Assembly (NCBI GenBank): GCA_031835245.2
Contig: JAVKOQ020000006.1
Coordinates: 1-64,000 of the forward strand
DNA: 64,000 bases
Origin: Balamuthia mandrillaris
Lineage: Eukaryota
Direction: 5' to 3'
How positions within the stretch are numbered: position 1 is the stretch's first letter; every line of letters starts with the position of its first letter. This document shows, piece by piece, positions 11,994 to 24,792 of this stretch. The translations under genes were made by a program, and so were the position numbers. The notes beneath the pieces are model-generated. The model was not told the origin of the DNA and did not search any database. It worked only from the letters and a program-made list of their open reading frames with translations.

Positions 11994-14326
11994 ATGCACC
12001 AGCCGTTTACCGATAGGTCTCCTCTACCTCCTCCTTCAAGTCTCCCAACAGTTGTTACAACCAAGATAAGAGTGCCAGTTGACATCACAGCGTTGCTTGC
12101 TAGCATACCCTCTAGAAACGAATGCGCAACCAACGAGAACAACTGTGCGACTGATCAACTATCGGATGAGGAGGAAGAAGTGACTTTCAAGCCTAGGAGT
12201 GTCAAGACCGGTGCCAAACTACAATGGATAAGCCAAGATGACAAAGAAAATAGGCACAACGTAGTGGCCGCCACGACGTGTCAACCGCGCCCTGCTTCCC
12301 TTTCCAAACGAAAAAGACGAAAGACAACAGTACTTCGCTTCCCTCTTTGGCCTCTACAGGACACAGAAGAAGCACCAACCCCTTGCCTTGTCACAGATCA
12401 AATCGCTCCTCCTTTGGAGGAGCCCAACATTGCTGAATTGTCCTCAGCAGAGGCTTCTTCGCCCAACATCTCAGAGCCCTATCTAAAAGGGGATTGTTCT
12501 TTCCCTTCTTGTTCACTTTCATCACCTTCCTCCTCTTCCTCCTCCTCTTCTTCTTCTCCTTGCGCTTCTGCTAATGCGCCAAACCGGCTAGCAATTGATA
12601 ATGCTAAGGAGGATGATACAGAAGAGGAGGTTGTGCGCAGGGCGTTAGTTCAGTGTGAAACACCACCCGCTACTATTATGTACTATTGTTTGGCGAGAAA
12701 TACCACCCCCTCCGGCTGGGCATGCCTTGCAACGTTGGCGGAGGCAGACGAAAAGCAAAGAAATATGGAGAGAGGCGCTGTGTTGTGCATTCAGGCTTGG
12801 TGGCGGGACATTCAGCATCAAAGAAAGCAACAACATGTAGCCACCTATCTCCAGGCGTTGCTGCTCAGTTATCTGTGCAGGCAAAGGTATTTGCGCTTGC
12901 AAGAAGCATGTATCTACATTCAGAGGCGATGGCGCTCCGTTGTCTTAGAACGAAAACGCGAGGAAGCCGCAACCATTCTTCAACATTTCATAAGGTGAGT
13001 TTCCCTTCATTTTGCCATTAGAGGTACTATTATTGATGATACCATCTCTCCAGAAACCACCAATTAAGGAGGAAACTGTGCCAAGCAGCCTCGCTGTGGC
13101 TGCACTGGCGACAAGAAAAGCAAGCCTACCAGGAACAGCTAAGAAAACAAGAGAGAGAGAAAGCAGCATTAATCATTCAGACTTGTTTGCAGAACTTCTT
13201 GAAACGGCGCATGGAAGCCGTGGAAGTGCAGCGCAACAAGGCAGCCACTATCATTCAGAGTTGGTGGAAAGGGCGAATGTGCATGCGATGCTTCAGACAA
13301 GAACGAGCTGCGGTCGCAGTCATTCAGACCCATTGCCGAGCATATATGGCTCGTCGCTGTTGGGAACAGACCAAGCGAGCTGCGAGCACATTGCAGTGTG
13401 CCTGGAGACGTCTTTCTGCGATGCAAAGTTTACATTCGGCGAGGCAGCAAAGAGAGCAGCTCATCCAGCAGAAGCAACAGGAATTGGCACTGTTACGAGG
13501 AAGGCTTGGCATCAGCCATGACTCAGCCAGTACGCTATCCCTGCCCCACCCTCAACAACACAACAGCATTATCGTCAACCCTACTCCTTCCCTCCTTGTT
13601 GGTTCTGGTACTCGCAGTTGCATCAGCAGCACTATTTGTAGCTCCATACTCTCCTCTTCCTCAATCCACGCCAGATTGGAAGGAGACAAAACAGGGGCCG
13701 CAACAAGGCCAACAGCCGTAACGCTTGCTGCTTCGGATTCACCTGCTGGTCTTCGTCTCCAGGAGAAAAGGAGAGAACTTGCCCGTATCCGTGCAGAGCG
13801 ACTCCTTCTTCAAGAAAAGCTCAAACATGGAAACCTACCAACTCCTGGCCCCGCTCAGCCGCCTTCCTCCTCACCCAATTCCTCTTCCTCCCTTGGCAAC
13901 ATTCATTCCAGAAGTTTACTGCCGGACTTATCTTCCATATCTTCGCTTCTGCCGACTAGAAAAACAGCAGAGGCATCCCTCCCAGCAAGCAAGGGCCTTG
14001 CTGAGCAGACACCCTTAATCGTCTCATCTGCCCCTACCTACACGAAGTCCTCCTCCTCTTCCGGCAGTCGGGTGGTGCCTGCCACTCCCCACTCCTCTTC
14101 CCCCGCGCAAGGCAAATACCTGAAACTCACAAAATGCACCCCAGTTGCAAGCAACAATGCAGCTCTGCCAAAGCAGCCTGCGCTTTTCTCTCACTATCCT
14201 TCCTATGCGGCAACAAAAGGAGGTGCCTCCAAGAAAAAGGTAAAGTGGGCAGACCAACAGGGCCTACAACTGGTGCACCTGGACCAGCAACCACCACCGC
14301 AACAACCATCTGTAGTGTTGAACTAA
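11994..14326 (+). CDS. Multi-IQ-motif (calmodulin-binding) protein with low-complexity flanks
   Basis: Repeated IQxxWR motifs (IQAWWR, IQRRWR, IQSWWKG, IQTHCR, LQCAWR); introns near 12995-13180; C-terminal KKVKW resembles an RVxF/W PP1-docking motif. Confidence 0.75.
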
Positions 14327-14560
14327 GCGCCGCTCGCTCTTCTCTTGTTGTACATACCAATACCCTTTTGATGATGAACTACCACCACCACCACCGCCGC
14401 CGCCTTTTAGATTATCTTATTATTTCTTTAAAAACGATTTTGTTGTTTGTTGTTGTTGTTGTTGCCGCCAAACAAAAAATAAATAATAATAAATTTACGA
14501 AAAAAAAGAAGAAGACAAAACGCTAGGCGCGAGGAGGAGCAGGAGCAGGAGGCAGGGGCG

Positions 14561-14679
<119 letters not shown>

Positions 14680-14686
14680 AAGCAAA

Positions 14687-15520
14687 ATGCAAGCCAGGAG
14701 TGCGGCGGAAGGCCAACGCTGGTTGTGGAGCTCCGCTCAAGGGTTTTTGGCGACGGCGACCACACGGGCAACCTCTTTTAGCAGCGGAGGATCAAGAAGA
14801 GCGGTGGTGGTTCCTTTCCCCAGCAGCTGCACGAGCAGGTTGGGTGGTTTGCCATGGGGCTTCCCTGCCGCTGCTCTTGATCAGCGGCGGAGCTATGCAC
14901 CGCGGCACCTTCCTCAGTTCACCCCTCTTACCTTTGTGGAGGAAAGGAGCGAGGTACCAAGAGAAAGACCCCCCTCGCAGCCCCTCCCTGACAGCTTTGC
15001 AGTAGTGTACATAGCCGGAAAGCAGTTCAAGGTGACCAAGGGTACCCATGCCTCCCTCTCATCGCCTTGTTTTCTTCACGCAGCTGTTGCATTTGTTCAC
15101 ACAATCTTGTGTTTGTTGTTGTGCAAATCAATAGGAGATGTGGTGGTCTTGCCTTCTCCGGTGCAGGCGGAGGTTAGCTCGCAAATCATATTGAAGAAAG
15201 TGCTCCTGGTGGCTACGAAAGACTTCACAGCAGTGGGCAGACCGTTGGTCACCCGCGCCTTTGTGGAGGCCACCGTTGAAGAGCAAACAAAGACCCAAAA
15301 GGTGCTCATCTTCAAGAAAAAACGAAGAAAGAGGACTCAACGCACCAAAGGTCACCGCCAGCCTGTCTCTGTGCTTCGCATTGGAGACATACGTCTCTAC
15401 CAAACTGAAGGGGAGGCTTTCGATACTGCTGTTTCAGAACATGTGCAGCAGCAGCGATTGCAGAACACTTCAGCCCTTCCCTCCCTCCTCTCTGCTTCTT
15501 CCCTCTCTCCCCAAGCCTAA
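14687..15520 (+). CDS. MRPL21: Mitochondrial ribosomal protein bL21m (one intron, ~15042-15134)
   Basis: FAVVYIAGKQFKVTKGD, VGRPLV, ATVEEQTKTQKVLIFKKKRRK and KGHRQ motifs; Arg/Ser-rich N-terminal presequence. Confidence 0.92.
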   Translation: MQARSAAEGQRWLWSSAQGFLATATTRATSFSSGGSRRAVVVPFPSSCTSRLGGLPWGFPAAALDQRRSYAPRHLPQFTPLTFVEERSEVPRERPPSQPLPDSFAVVYIAGKQFKVTKGTHASLSSPCFLHAAVAFVHTILCLLLCKSIGDVVVLPSPVQAEVSSQIILKKVLLVATKDFTAVGRPLVTRAFVEATVEEQTKTQKVLIFKKKRRKRTQRTKGHRQPVSVLRIGDIRLYQTEGEAFDTAVSEHVQQQRLQNTSALPSLLSASSLSPQA

Positions 15521-15718
15521 TGAATTCCTTAGGCACTAGAACGGCCTGCCTCCTCTGCTCAATACACCCCTACTACTGCACTGCACTCACTTCACTCAGC
15601 GTCTTTCCCTCACCTATCCATTCAGACACCTTGCCCTGTGAGGTGCTTGCGCGTTTTTTCCTTTTGATGTTGATGTGCAACGCGTTTATAGGAAAGGAAC
15701 CAGTAAACTATGGTTTTG

Positions 15719-16040
15719 CTTCCTCTTCCTCTTCCTCTTCCTCTTCCTCTTCCTCTTCCTCTTCCTCTTCCTCTTCCTCTTCCTCTTCCTCTTCCTCTTC
15801 CTCTTCCTCTTCCTCTTCCTCTTCCTCTTCCTCTTCCTCTTCCTCTTCCTCTTCCTCTTCCTCTTCCTCTTCCTCTTCCTCTTCCTCTTCCTCTTCCTCT
15901 TCCTCTTCCTCTTCCTTCCTCTTCCTCTTCCTCTTCCTCTTCCTCTTCCTCTTCCTCTTCCTCTTCCTCTTCCTCTTCCTCTTCCTCTTCCTCTTCCTCT
16001 TCCTCTTCCTCTTCCTCTTCCTCTTCCTCTTCCTCTTCCT
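15719..16040. repeat. (CTTCCT)n pure pyrimidine tract of ~320 bp, with one phase slip near 15914
   Basis: Read directly from the sequence. Confidence 0.97.
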
Positions 16041-16266
16041 TTTGCTTCACTGTGCTCCCTTCCACTGGCTGAGGCCTCCGCCATTACCTGTTAAAAACAT
16101 GTCGTCTTTGCTTATCCCACTCCCTTTTTATTTACATTAACAACAAGAATGCGAGTAAAAAGGATAAGAGCTTCGATTCTGCTGAGAGGCTCGCTCTCTT
16201 GCTATCTTTCCGCGTCAAGCCCTCTTCAGCTCTCATTCGCTTTGTACAACAAGAAACGTCTTCTTT

Positions 16267-16667
16267 TCAACTGGCTCTCTTACGCAGGCTGCCTTTGGCC
16301 TCCTTTGTAGAAGTTGTGGAAGTGCGAGCACTGGCGATGGAAGGGGAAGCAGTTGCCACAAAGCCACTCAATCTTCGTTTGGAGCGGAGGGAGGGTTGTT
16401 TTTGCCTTTCGTTCTCTCTGTTGAACAGTATGTCGTTGACAAACTCCCATTTGTGAATCCAACACTTGTAAATGACAACCCAACCTGCAAGAGACAGAGA
16501 GGCATAAGTGGGTGAGTACAAGGAAAATGGACCCTTTTCAACAGAAGGAAGGGAGCACCCAATGCAAGCGGAACCCAAACTAGAGCTACCACATACGAAA
16601 CACGAAACAAAAGCAAAATGCTTTCCAGTAACCACCCAATCTCATCCTGGGCAGTTTCCTCCTCCAT
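16267..16667 (-). CDS. Small single-pass membrane protein, SMIM13/DUF4750-like (two exons)
   Basis: Splicing ...PLALG|gtgctc...ttgcag|WVVIYKCWIHKWEFVNDIL gives a TM helix followed by a motif resembling SMIM13 GWYFVWHLFLSKFKFLREL. Confidence 0.55.
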
Positions 16668-16948
16668 CTCCCTTCGTTGTTGTTATTGTTGCGCCGATCT
16701 TTATTCTAATTGTTTTGTTGTTATGCTTCTCTCTTCTTTCAACAACAGCAACAGCAACAACAGCTCCACCTTTTTTTATCTTATGTTCTTTGTGGCAGAT
16801 CAGGGGGTGCTGCTGCTTTGCACGCCGCCGCCGCCCTTTTTTTGTTTTTGTTTTTGTTTTTTTGCTTTCCTTCCTGTCGTCCTGACAGCCTCCGGCCCAC
16901 CAAATAAAACACTTTGTTACACGCAGCCGTTACAGTTTCATTTCCGTT

Positions 16949-19110
16949 CTACACCACAAAATCAGAGGAAGGACCCTCCTGTCCTTGAGGTGCCACTGCA
17001 AACTCACTCAACGTGGCTTGCATACGCTCCCAATCGTCCACACGTGGCGTACCCATCTGCATAAAGATGATGGGTTACGACAAAGGAGAAAAAAAAATGA
17101 GGAGAGAAGAAATAACCTCGCCGAGATCAAGAATTGAAAGCACCCCAGCGGAGTCGCCGACAGCAATCTTTTTACCAGAATGAGTCCAACATAAGCAGTT
17201 GAGAGAGCGAGAGCCTATCGGCTGACGCACAACAGGTGCCTCTGTGTCTTCGTTGAGATTCCAAAGAAGTAAGCTGCCCGTTCCGTCAACGGAGGCAAAC
17301 AAGGCAGGGTGAGTTGGCGACCTATATTGAATATGAGAAACTCCGTCACAAATGACTGAAAGTTAGAGCCGGTACATACCAACAAACGTCGTACACATAG
17401 TCCCCGGTATCTTCAAAGGATTTGAGCGGTTTTGTGTCCTGTATGTGTAGAATGAGTGAATTATGACAGAAAGACAGAGAGCAGGAGGTAACAAAGGTGC
17501 CTTTCTGCTCCACAATTTGCATGACCAATCCATCGAAGAGGTTAGGAACAAATCCGAAAAGTCAATAGAACCCTGAGCAGGGTGGAAGCTTATGCCGGTT
17601 ATTGGACCTTTATGTCCACAATACTGCTCATCCACTCCGCTTTTGCTGTTAGAGAACAAATAGTAAGAACTGATATGCAAGCAAGGTGCAGAAATGAAGT
17701 ACCTTCCATGCCGATAAGCTTGGTAAGCCACACCCTCTTCGCTCCCAGTGAAAAACTGATTGACCTCTCCATCAGGGAAATCGATACAGGTGGGTGCAAC
17801 GTTGCCGCTTCCTGTCACCGACTTGCTCTGCCTGTTTCGAAGCTCAAGAACCTCCAGTGGTTGCAAAAGACTATCAAAGCTCCATACACACATCCTGCCG
17901 TCGGTAGAAACGCTGACTAAATTATTTGCATTTTGGGTTCCGACCACGGATAGGCTGTACACTGGGTGGGTGTGGCCTATTGACGAGAGAGGCGTCCGCT
18001 GGACTGGGGTATTGCGAGCTCGTGTATCCCACAGCACAATCTGACCAGAGTATGTGCCACCAACCAATAGTGTAGGATGGTACTTGGGTAATAAGCACGA
18101 CATGACAGGAGACTGGATGTGAATGGCACAAAAAAAAAAAAAGACAAGTGAGCAGTTGAACATGGTTGAATAGCACAAAGGCAAATGTGGGATGGACAAA
18201 TGGACAACCAGCAACTGAATAACGATATTTACCTGGCAGTTGAACACAAACTCGGGCCGCTGAAGCATATTTTGAACAGACCAAACACACACAACGCCAT
18301 CGGGGTCGTGTGTGCCGGCTTCATTGGCAGAATATGAGGCTGCCACCAGGTCGGCGTGCTGTACTCACATTGTCGGTTATACAGCAAGTTTGATTGATGC
18401 ATAGTGGATAAATGGTTTTAGTGCTTCACACCAATAACAATAGGAAGGAGAAGAAAACCTTCGGAGAGCATGTAACGTCAGTCACTGCTCTATGCTTACA
18501 CCAACGCTCATCGAACAAAGTTGTTTGAAGATGAACTTTGTCCTCTCTCTTCGCCTCGCTTTGCATGCAAAGGAAGCAACAAGGATGAGGGTTAACATGA
18601 ATGTTTTTAATATGCGCTACAAAAACTAACACAAAGAACACAAAGGCAACATACGTGGTCTCGGAGTCCGCTTCAGAGTAATCCAACATAATGTCCCACT
18701 GGTCGCCAACAAAGAGGGCTCTTTCTAGTCTTCTTGAGGCTTTGCTAAAGAAGCGAACAAACTCGTTGGACTGCATCACATTCTTCTTCTCCTCTTCGCT
18801 TAACTCTGTCGTTGTAAATACCATTACGGAATAAGAGCAGAAAAGGGTTTGCCAAAGTGAGTGGATAGGTGAGTGGAACCACAAAGCAAGGCAAAGAGGA
18901 AGCGGTGATGATACCAATAATGGTGGTGGGTTCCTCGGAGGCACTGCTAGGGGCTGCTACGGTTTCTTCTGAAGTTTCAACAGAGTCTTTCTTTTCAATG
19001 TCGGTGGTCTGTCGCTCCACTGTAGAAGGCTCTTCTTCTTCCTCGGTTCCTTCTGAGGTACATGTGGCTGAGTCCTCTGTTTGTATCGCTCGTGAATATA
19101 CTTCCACTTC
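16949..19110 (-). CDS. DYNC1I: Cytoplasmic dynein intermediate chain (WD40); 5' exons absent
   Basis: LC8-site-like [85 protein letters not shown] and LWNLNEDTE motifs. Confidence 0.92.
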
Positions 19111-21959
19111 CTTTGGTTTTAGCATACGTTAACGAAAGTAATCACACCAAGGGAAAAATGCGGAAAAATAGGACTCTGCCACGCAAGAGCACTGAATTGA
19201 TTGACGTCAGGAGAGGGAACAGGTCCTACATCGATGGGTGGATCTGGCCATGAAGGAACGTCTTAGACTGGGGACCCTAAATGGTAATTGGTCATGGAAG
19301 CCCGCTTTGCAAGCTGTGCAAAAAGAGGCAAAGATCCTCGAGTGTTTTGTCAAAGGGGACAAGCTAAATCAGTTTTTGGAGGAAGCGTTCAAGTTGGCGG
19401 TGGAAAAGTATGGGCACCTGAACACTACCACAGTCAAGATTCCTTCTCCCAGGGTTAACCAAAAGGAGGAGGACGACAGAGGGGCAGAGGATCAGTGTAA
19501 CTCAGCAGTGGATTCGCCCCGCCGAGAGGAAGGGACCAGTGTTGTGCCCAAGGGGAAGATTGATTTGGACTCAGTCAGTGCAGATGGTGTTAAGGAGCAA
19601 ACCAACAGTCAAGTGGCGCTACTGTTTGATTGTATTAGCCATGTTTCTCATGAGTGTGGTAAGCTCTCCGAGGCAGGTGTATTCTCACTTGCAGTGATTG
19701 TATGATTCAGGGACCTGATTGAATCTCTTGACAAGGAGATCAATAATCTTATGGTGGGGGAAAAAGGAAGTGCAAATAGTACCAAAGGTGGCCCTACTCT
19801 GGGTTCCCAACGGTCTTACATGGAGGTGGTCGGATCAGTTCCATGGTGTGATATGATTACTGTGGAAAGGAATTTCCCTCCAACAGCAACTACAGTTAGC
19901 GTACCAAGCTTGGAATACTGGAAGGAAGAAATGGCAAAGGAACAAGGGATATGTTGGCAGGATAACTCCAACATATACAGGAGGATGTGGACCAAAGATA
20001 TGGTAACTGACCCGAACTATTGGTCTACAGTAAAACCAACGTATGGCTTTGCCAGTCCCTACTCCAAGGTAGGGGCTGTGGAGGGCAGATTGATTGTGGT
20101 GAGCAGTAAGGACCTTAAGAAGCAAAAGGTATGTGAGAGGATCTTCGAGCTGGGGCTCAAGCACGTTGAAGTGTGGAAAGTAGGAGAGAAGAATGGCACG
20201 CAGCATTGGGGAGTTACTTTGGAGATGGCCCAGGCTGCCGAAGACATTATTGCAGAAAGAGCCAGGCTGTATGCTTTTACCTGCTAGTGGGTGGGCAAAG
20301 CCCGAATTGAAGAAGCCAAGAATGAAGGCAAACCGCTGTGAAGGCCTAAAGAGCAAAGAGAGATGGAGAAGAGGAAGGAAAAGGAGGAGAATGTTGGAAC
20401 AGTGGCTTTGGACAGCTCATTGGAACTCTCAGGCATCGCACTGGTTGAGGAGGAGTATCACGGTGCTGCCAACTGGTCTGACATTGTGGAGGAGGAAGGG
20501 AAGAAGACCCAATGACTTCAGTAGCATTTGTCAACTCTAGGGGCTGGGGACAAGAGGAATTGGTCAGCTGTTGGGCTGACAGTAAGCAATTTGACATTAT
20601 TGGAGTGTGCGAACATAGGAGGATGGTTGCCCCTCGATTGGAGGGGTATCGGTGGATGGGTGGAGGGGCTGCTCCAGGGAGGAGTGGCTATGGAAAGGGT
20701 GGCGCAGGTTTCTTTGTTCAAGAGGGCTTCAAGGGGAACATCAGAGAAAGGAAAGAGTGGCGAACACCCAACTCCACTTGGGTGGAACTGGTGGGACAGA
20801 GTTGCATCTTTATAATCAGTATAGTGTATCTCCCTCCAGGAGGTACTGTGGACAACTTTAAGGTCACCTTGGCTGCAATTGAGAAAAGAATCCTGGACGT
20901 GGTCAAGGAAGGAAGACCCCTGATTATTGGAGGTGATTAAAATGCCAGGGTTGGAAAGGGATGGAATGGTAGCATGGAGATGGACAGGCAAGGTAGTTGG
21001 TGACAGATGGCAAGCATGGACTGATCATCGGCCATTAGTAGTCAAGTTGAAGGACTCAGCAGATAATTGCAGCAGGGTTTGGATGGAACGATGGAAGTGG
21101 AAGTCCTACCCAGAGGAAGATTGCAAGAGGAGGTGGAGAGAGTACAAACGCGGGTGCAAGCGTTTCTTCAAAGGAGAGGAATGGAAGGCCATGGTCAAGA
21201 AAACACAGGAGGGAGCAGCTACTGTTGAAGATCTTTGGAGCAAGTGGAAAAAAGGATTGTGGGATTGTGCAATGAGATGGTTTGGTAGAGAAAGGAGACT
21301 GATAGAAGCAACAATGAGCAGGGCAAGGAAGCCATGGTGGATGGCAGAGTTAACATCCTTGAACAAGCAGGTAGTGATAGCCCATGCTCAGTGGCTAAGA
21401 GAAGGAAAGAATGATGGAAAGGCCAGAGAGGAATTTGTGGAAAAGGTTTGTGAAGTTGTGGAGAGCCAACAAATGGGACTGGATGAAGTGAAGGAGACAA
21501 GAGAACATCAAGGAAATGCAGAAATGGATCAGCAACATGTGGAGGATAGTGGCAAAGCGTAGAGCAGAGCCCAAAGCAGTTACTGAGCACCACGGTAGCA
21601 CGGCAGCCTTCAAGGAACATTGGGCAAAGCTGGGAAGGAAGGATTCTTCCATTGGGAGCTTGCAGGAAGCAGGTCCAGAAGGACCGCCTTGGTCTAGTAG
21701 TAACTGGCTTAAGAAGGAGAGTTTTAATCTTGCATGGAGGAAAAGATTGAGGGTGGGCAAAGCAGTGGGTGTGGACAATATTGATGGGGAAATGATGAAG
21801 TATGGAGGTAAACATGTGCAAGATGCAACTTGGACGCTGATCAAGGCCATTGAGAACCAAGGCTTGGCCCAAGGAGTGGAAACAGGGGGTGGTTATCCCC
21901 TTGCATAAGGCAGGAGATCCCCAGAATTCAGCAAACTATAGAGGTATTACTCTCCTATG

Positions 21960-22159
21960 TGTTGATGGGGAATAACCCTGCGGATCAAGAAAGGGACGGC
22001 ACGTAAGCGACTCTGGGTTTATTCACAAGAAAAGGGGTGTGGACCAAAGTGTGTGCTTTGAATGTGTCGCGAGGAAAAGGGGAAAATAAAGAGGGCGAGA
22101 AAATTTGGAGGTATCAGGGAGAGTGTCAACAAGAAGTCATAATAGTTGGTTTTCCAACA
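21960..22159 (-). mobile_element. 200-bp family-B element with perfect TSD TATG
   Basis: Termini TGTTG...CAACA; TATG at 21956-21959 and 22160-22163. Removing it restores the RT sequence YRGITLLCNAAKAFE. Confidence 0.92.
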
Positions 22160-22570
22160 TATGCAATGCAGCCAAGGCGTTTGAAGGAGCTATCTTGGTA
22201 CAGTTGAACATACAAGCAAGAGAGCAAGGGTGGATAAGTAATTGCCAGGGCGGATTTAGAAAAGGAAGGGGAGTCATGAATCAGGTGTGGTGGTTGAAGA
22301 AATGCCTGATGAAAAGAAGCAAAGAACATACCATATTGCTCTGTTGGATATCAGCAAGGCATATGACATGCTTGACCATGACATACTGGCAAGGACCTTA
22401 CGCAAAAGAGGAGCAGAAGAGGCAGCAGTGGGTATCATTACAGAGTGGTACCGGGGTATGATGAGTGTTATTCGCATGAACAGGCAGCTCTCTGAATAAT
22501 TTCTGGTGGAAAGAGGAGTTAAGCAAGGAGGAGTTTTGTCTCCATTCTTGTTCAATATATACATTGATGT

Positions 22571-23482
22571 AAAGACAAGCAGTAATTCATCATGCTGAGA
22601 GGCAAGATGGCCACTTTGAGCTACTTGAAGAGGTAAGCCAAGCAAGTGAAGAGGAAGGGGAGAAGAATGAAGGTGAGGGAGGTGATGGGACGAGTGTTGT
22701 TGAAAAGAAAGCCAAGAGGATGAGGACCTTAACTCGAGTAGCCAAGGTGGAGTATGCAGCTGAAGGAGAAAGAGGAACAAGAGCATGGCTATGGCATAAC
22801 TTCTTGACAAATGGAAGATGTTTGGTTGGACAACAACGGAGCTTAGTGATTACCAACCCAAGGAAAGAACGTTTGATGAATGCTATTCGTTGTGGTGGAC
22901 TGCCCATTGGAAAAAAGTGGGGAGCCATTCAGCAGTCTGAGGAGGATAGCAAGTGCCCTGCATGTGATGCTGAGGAAGAAACAGCGGAACACTTCCTGTT
23001 AAGGTGTCCTAACCTTTGGGAAGATCGCTTTAGAATCTGGAGTGTGGACAATGGAAATGAAGAACAAGTCAGAAAGCTGATTATAGAAGACTGTACAACA
23101 AACCTCCTGTCAAGTGGAAAGAAATGTAACAGAGCTCAAGAGATGGAACAATGTAAGCAAAGTTGTAAACGAGTCTGGAGATTATGGGCAGCAAGAGCAA
23201 GTTGGAAGCATGGAAGTTCTTCTGCATTTTATCAATCTTTGGAAGTAATGTAATAGCAAGGAAAAGAGAAGAAAGGAAAGGGAAAGAAAAGGATAGCTAG
23301 ATGATACAAAGTTGGTCTGAAATCTCATTCAACACCTTTCACTTGTGAATTGAGTAACAATTGGGAAGGCATTGAGGATGAGGGAGTAAGAGAAGTAAGA
23401 GTACACTATGTATGTACAATGCTTACTTTTTATGTATAGATTGGTGTTGCTCTCAGAGCAAATAAACTTTTATTACTACTAC
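22571..23482 (+). mobile_element. 5'-truncated copy of the same LINE inserted in its own RT, with 15-bp TSD
   Basis: TATATACATTGATGT at 22556-22570 and 23483-23497. The insert carries the Cys/His knuckle, 3'UTR, AATAAA and a TACTACTAC tail. Confidence 0.88.
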
Positions 23483-23635
23483 TATATACATTGATGTGGT
23501 GGCAAGAAAGCTACAAGCAGCAGAGGAGAAGGAAAGAGGAGATAAAGCAAGGAATGTTTGCTTGTTGTTTGCTGATGACTTGGCAGTGGTAGCCAGTGAT
23601 CTGTTTGAGCTTCAGAGAAGATTGAATGTAGCAGT

Positions 23636-23835
23636 TGTTGGAAAACCAACTATTATGACTTCTTGTTGACACTCTCCCCGATACCTCCAAATTTTCTCGC
23701 CCTTTTTATTTTCCCCTTTTCCTCACAACACATTCAAAGCACACACTTTGGTCCACACCCCTTTTCTTGTGAATAAACCCAGAGTCGCTTACGTGCCGTC
23801 CCTTTCTTGATCTGCAGGGTTATTCCCCATCAACA
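23636..23835 (+). mobile_element. 200-bp family-B element with perfect TSD CAGT
   Basis: CAGT at 23632-23635 and 23836-23839. The empty site GAATGTGGCAGTGAAGGCAGTG is present in the LINE copy at ~2513-2535. Confidence 0.92.
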
Positions 23836-24780
23836 CAGTGGAGGCAGTGAATACTCTGGGACTTCAGTTCAATGCAAAGAAATCAGTGGTGCTAGTACAA
23901 GGAAAGAAGGCTCATTTTCAAGAGTGGCGACTGAAGGGGGAGGCTGTGAAACGTGTGAAGGAAGCCAAGTACCTGGGACTGTGGTTTGAAGAAAGTGGGA
24001 GATGGACAACTCATGCCAAGGAGAGGATCACCAAGGCCAAACAAGCCCTCTACAGCCTTAGGCAGCGGGGAGCCATTGCTCAAGGCCTTGGTACACGCAC
24101 TGCCCAGATTGCTGCAGAGGCTATTGTCAAGTCTACCTTGTCATATGGACTATGTATGACAGAGCTTTCCAATTCATGGTGGAAGAAGATTGAAGCTGTG
24201 TGGAATGAGACAGCAAAGAAGTGTATTGCAAGTTCATCGAAGGACTGTGGCGGGGGTTTGTAGAGCAGAATTGGGCTGGTTGACCATCAAGGCCTACTGT
24301 GAGTTGGAAAGACAAGCAGTAATTCGTCATGCTGAGAGGCAAGATGGCCACTTTGCGCTACTTGAAGAGGTAAGCCAAGCAAGAGAAAAGGAAGGTGAGA
24401 AGAATGAAGGTGAGGGAGGTGACGGGATGAGTGTTGTTGAAAAGAAAGCCAAGAGGATGAGGGCCTTAACTCGAGTAGCCAAGATGGAGTATACAGCTGA
24501 AGGAGAAAGAGGAACAAGAGTTCCAATTGGGGGAAATTGAATGATTTATTTGTTTTTCCTTAAAGGAGTAAATAAAAGCTCAACATTTGTCATTTTGGCA
24601 ATAACATAAAAGGCTTGATGGTGTTGAGTATGTCCATGACACTGTGATAAGGCCGGTAGGGGAACAACCTAACGGACACCAACTCAATGGACGTAGGGAA
24701 AAGACCTTTAATAAAATGAATAGAAGAGATATATATACAAGGAGAGATAGGGATAGGTATTATGGGAGAGTGGTATAACA

Positions 24781-24792
24781 CTTCCCCCTCCC
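24781..24792 (-). other. Polypurine tract of the gypsy element
   Basis: GGGAGGGGGAAG immediately precedes the 3' LTR on the minus strand. Confidence 0.85.

Larger units (their letters stand above)
19150..24520 (+). mobile_element. Near full-length degenerate APE-type LINE: ORF1 (~19238-20500) and ORF2 (endonuclease from 20512, RT ~21750-24000); interrupted three times and cut at 24520
   Basis: Endonuclease motifs VNSRG, VCE, VYLPP, IIGGD, TDHRP. RT motifs KAVGVDNI, NYRGITLL, QGGFRKGR, LDISKAYD, GVKQGGVLSP, LFADD, KYLG. The 5' boundary is approximate. Confidence 0.9.

Noticed and set aside
15520..16140. Overlapping poly-S/E/RG/LP/KR ORFs
   Set aside because: Artefacts of the stop-free (CTTCCT)n repeat. 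The same applies to ORFs over (CA)n at 14.4-14.8 kb, (CCCT)n at 9.4-9.9 kb and (TTC)n at 56.2-56.6 kb.
24515..24525. TWA or AT target-site duplication for the Harbinger-like element
   Set aside because: Left flank (..ACAAGAG) and right flank (TCATTC..) do not match under any boundary I tried.
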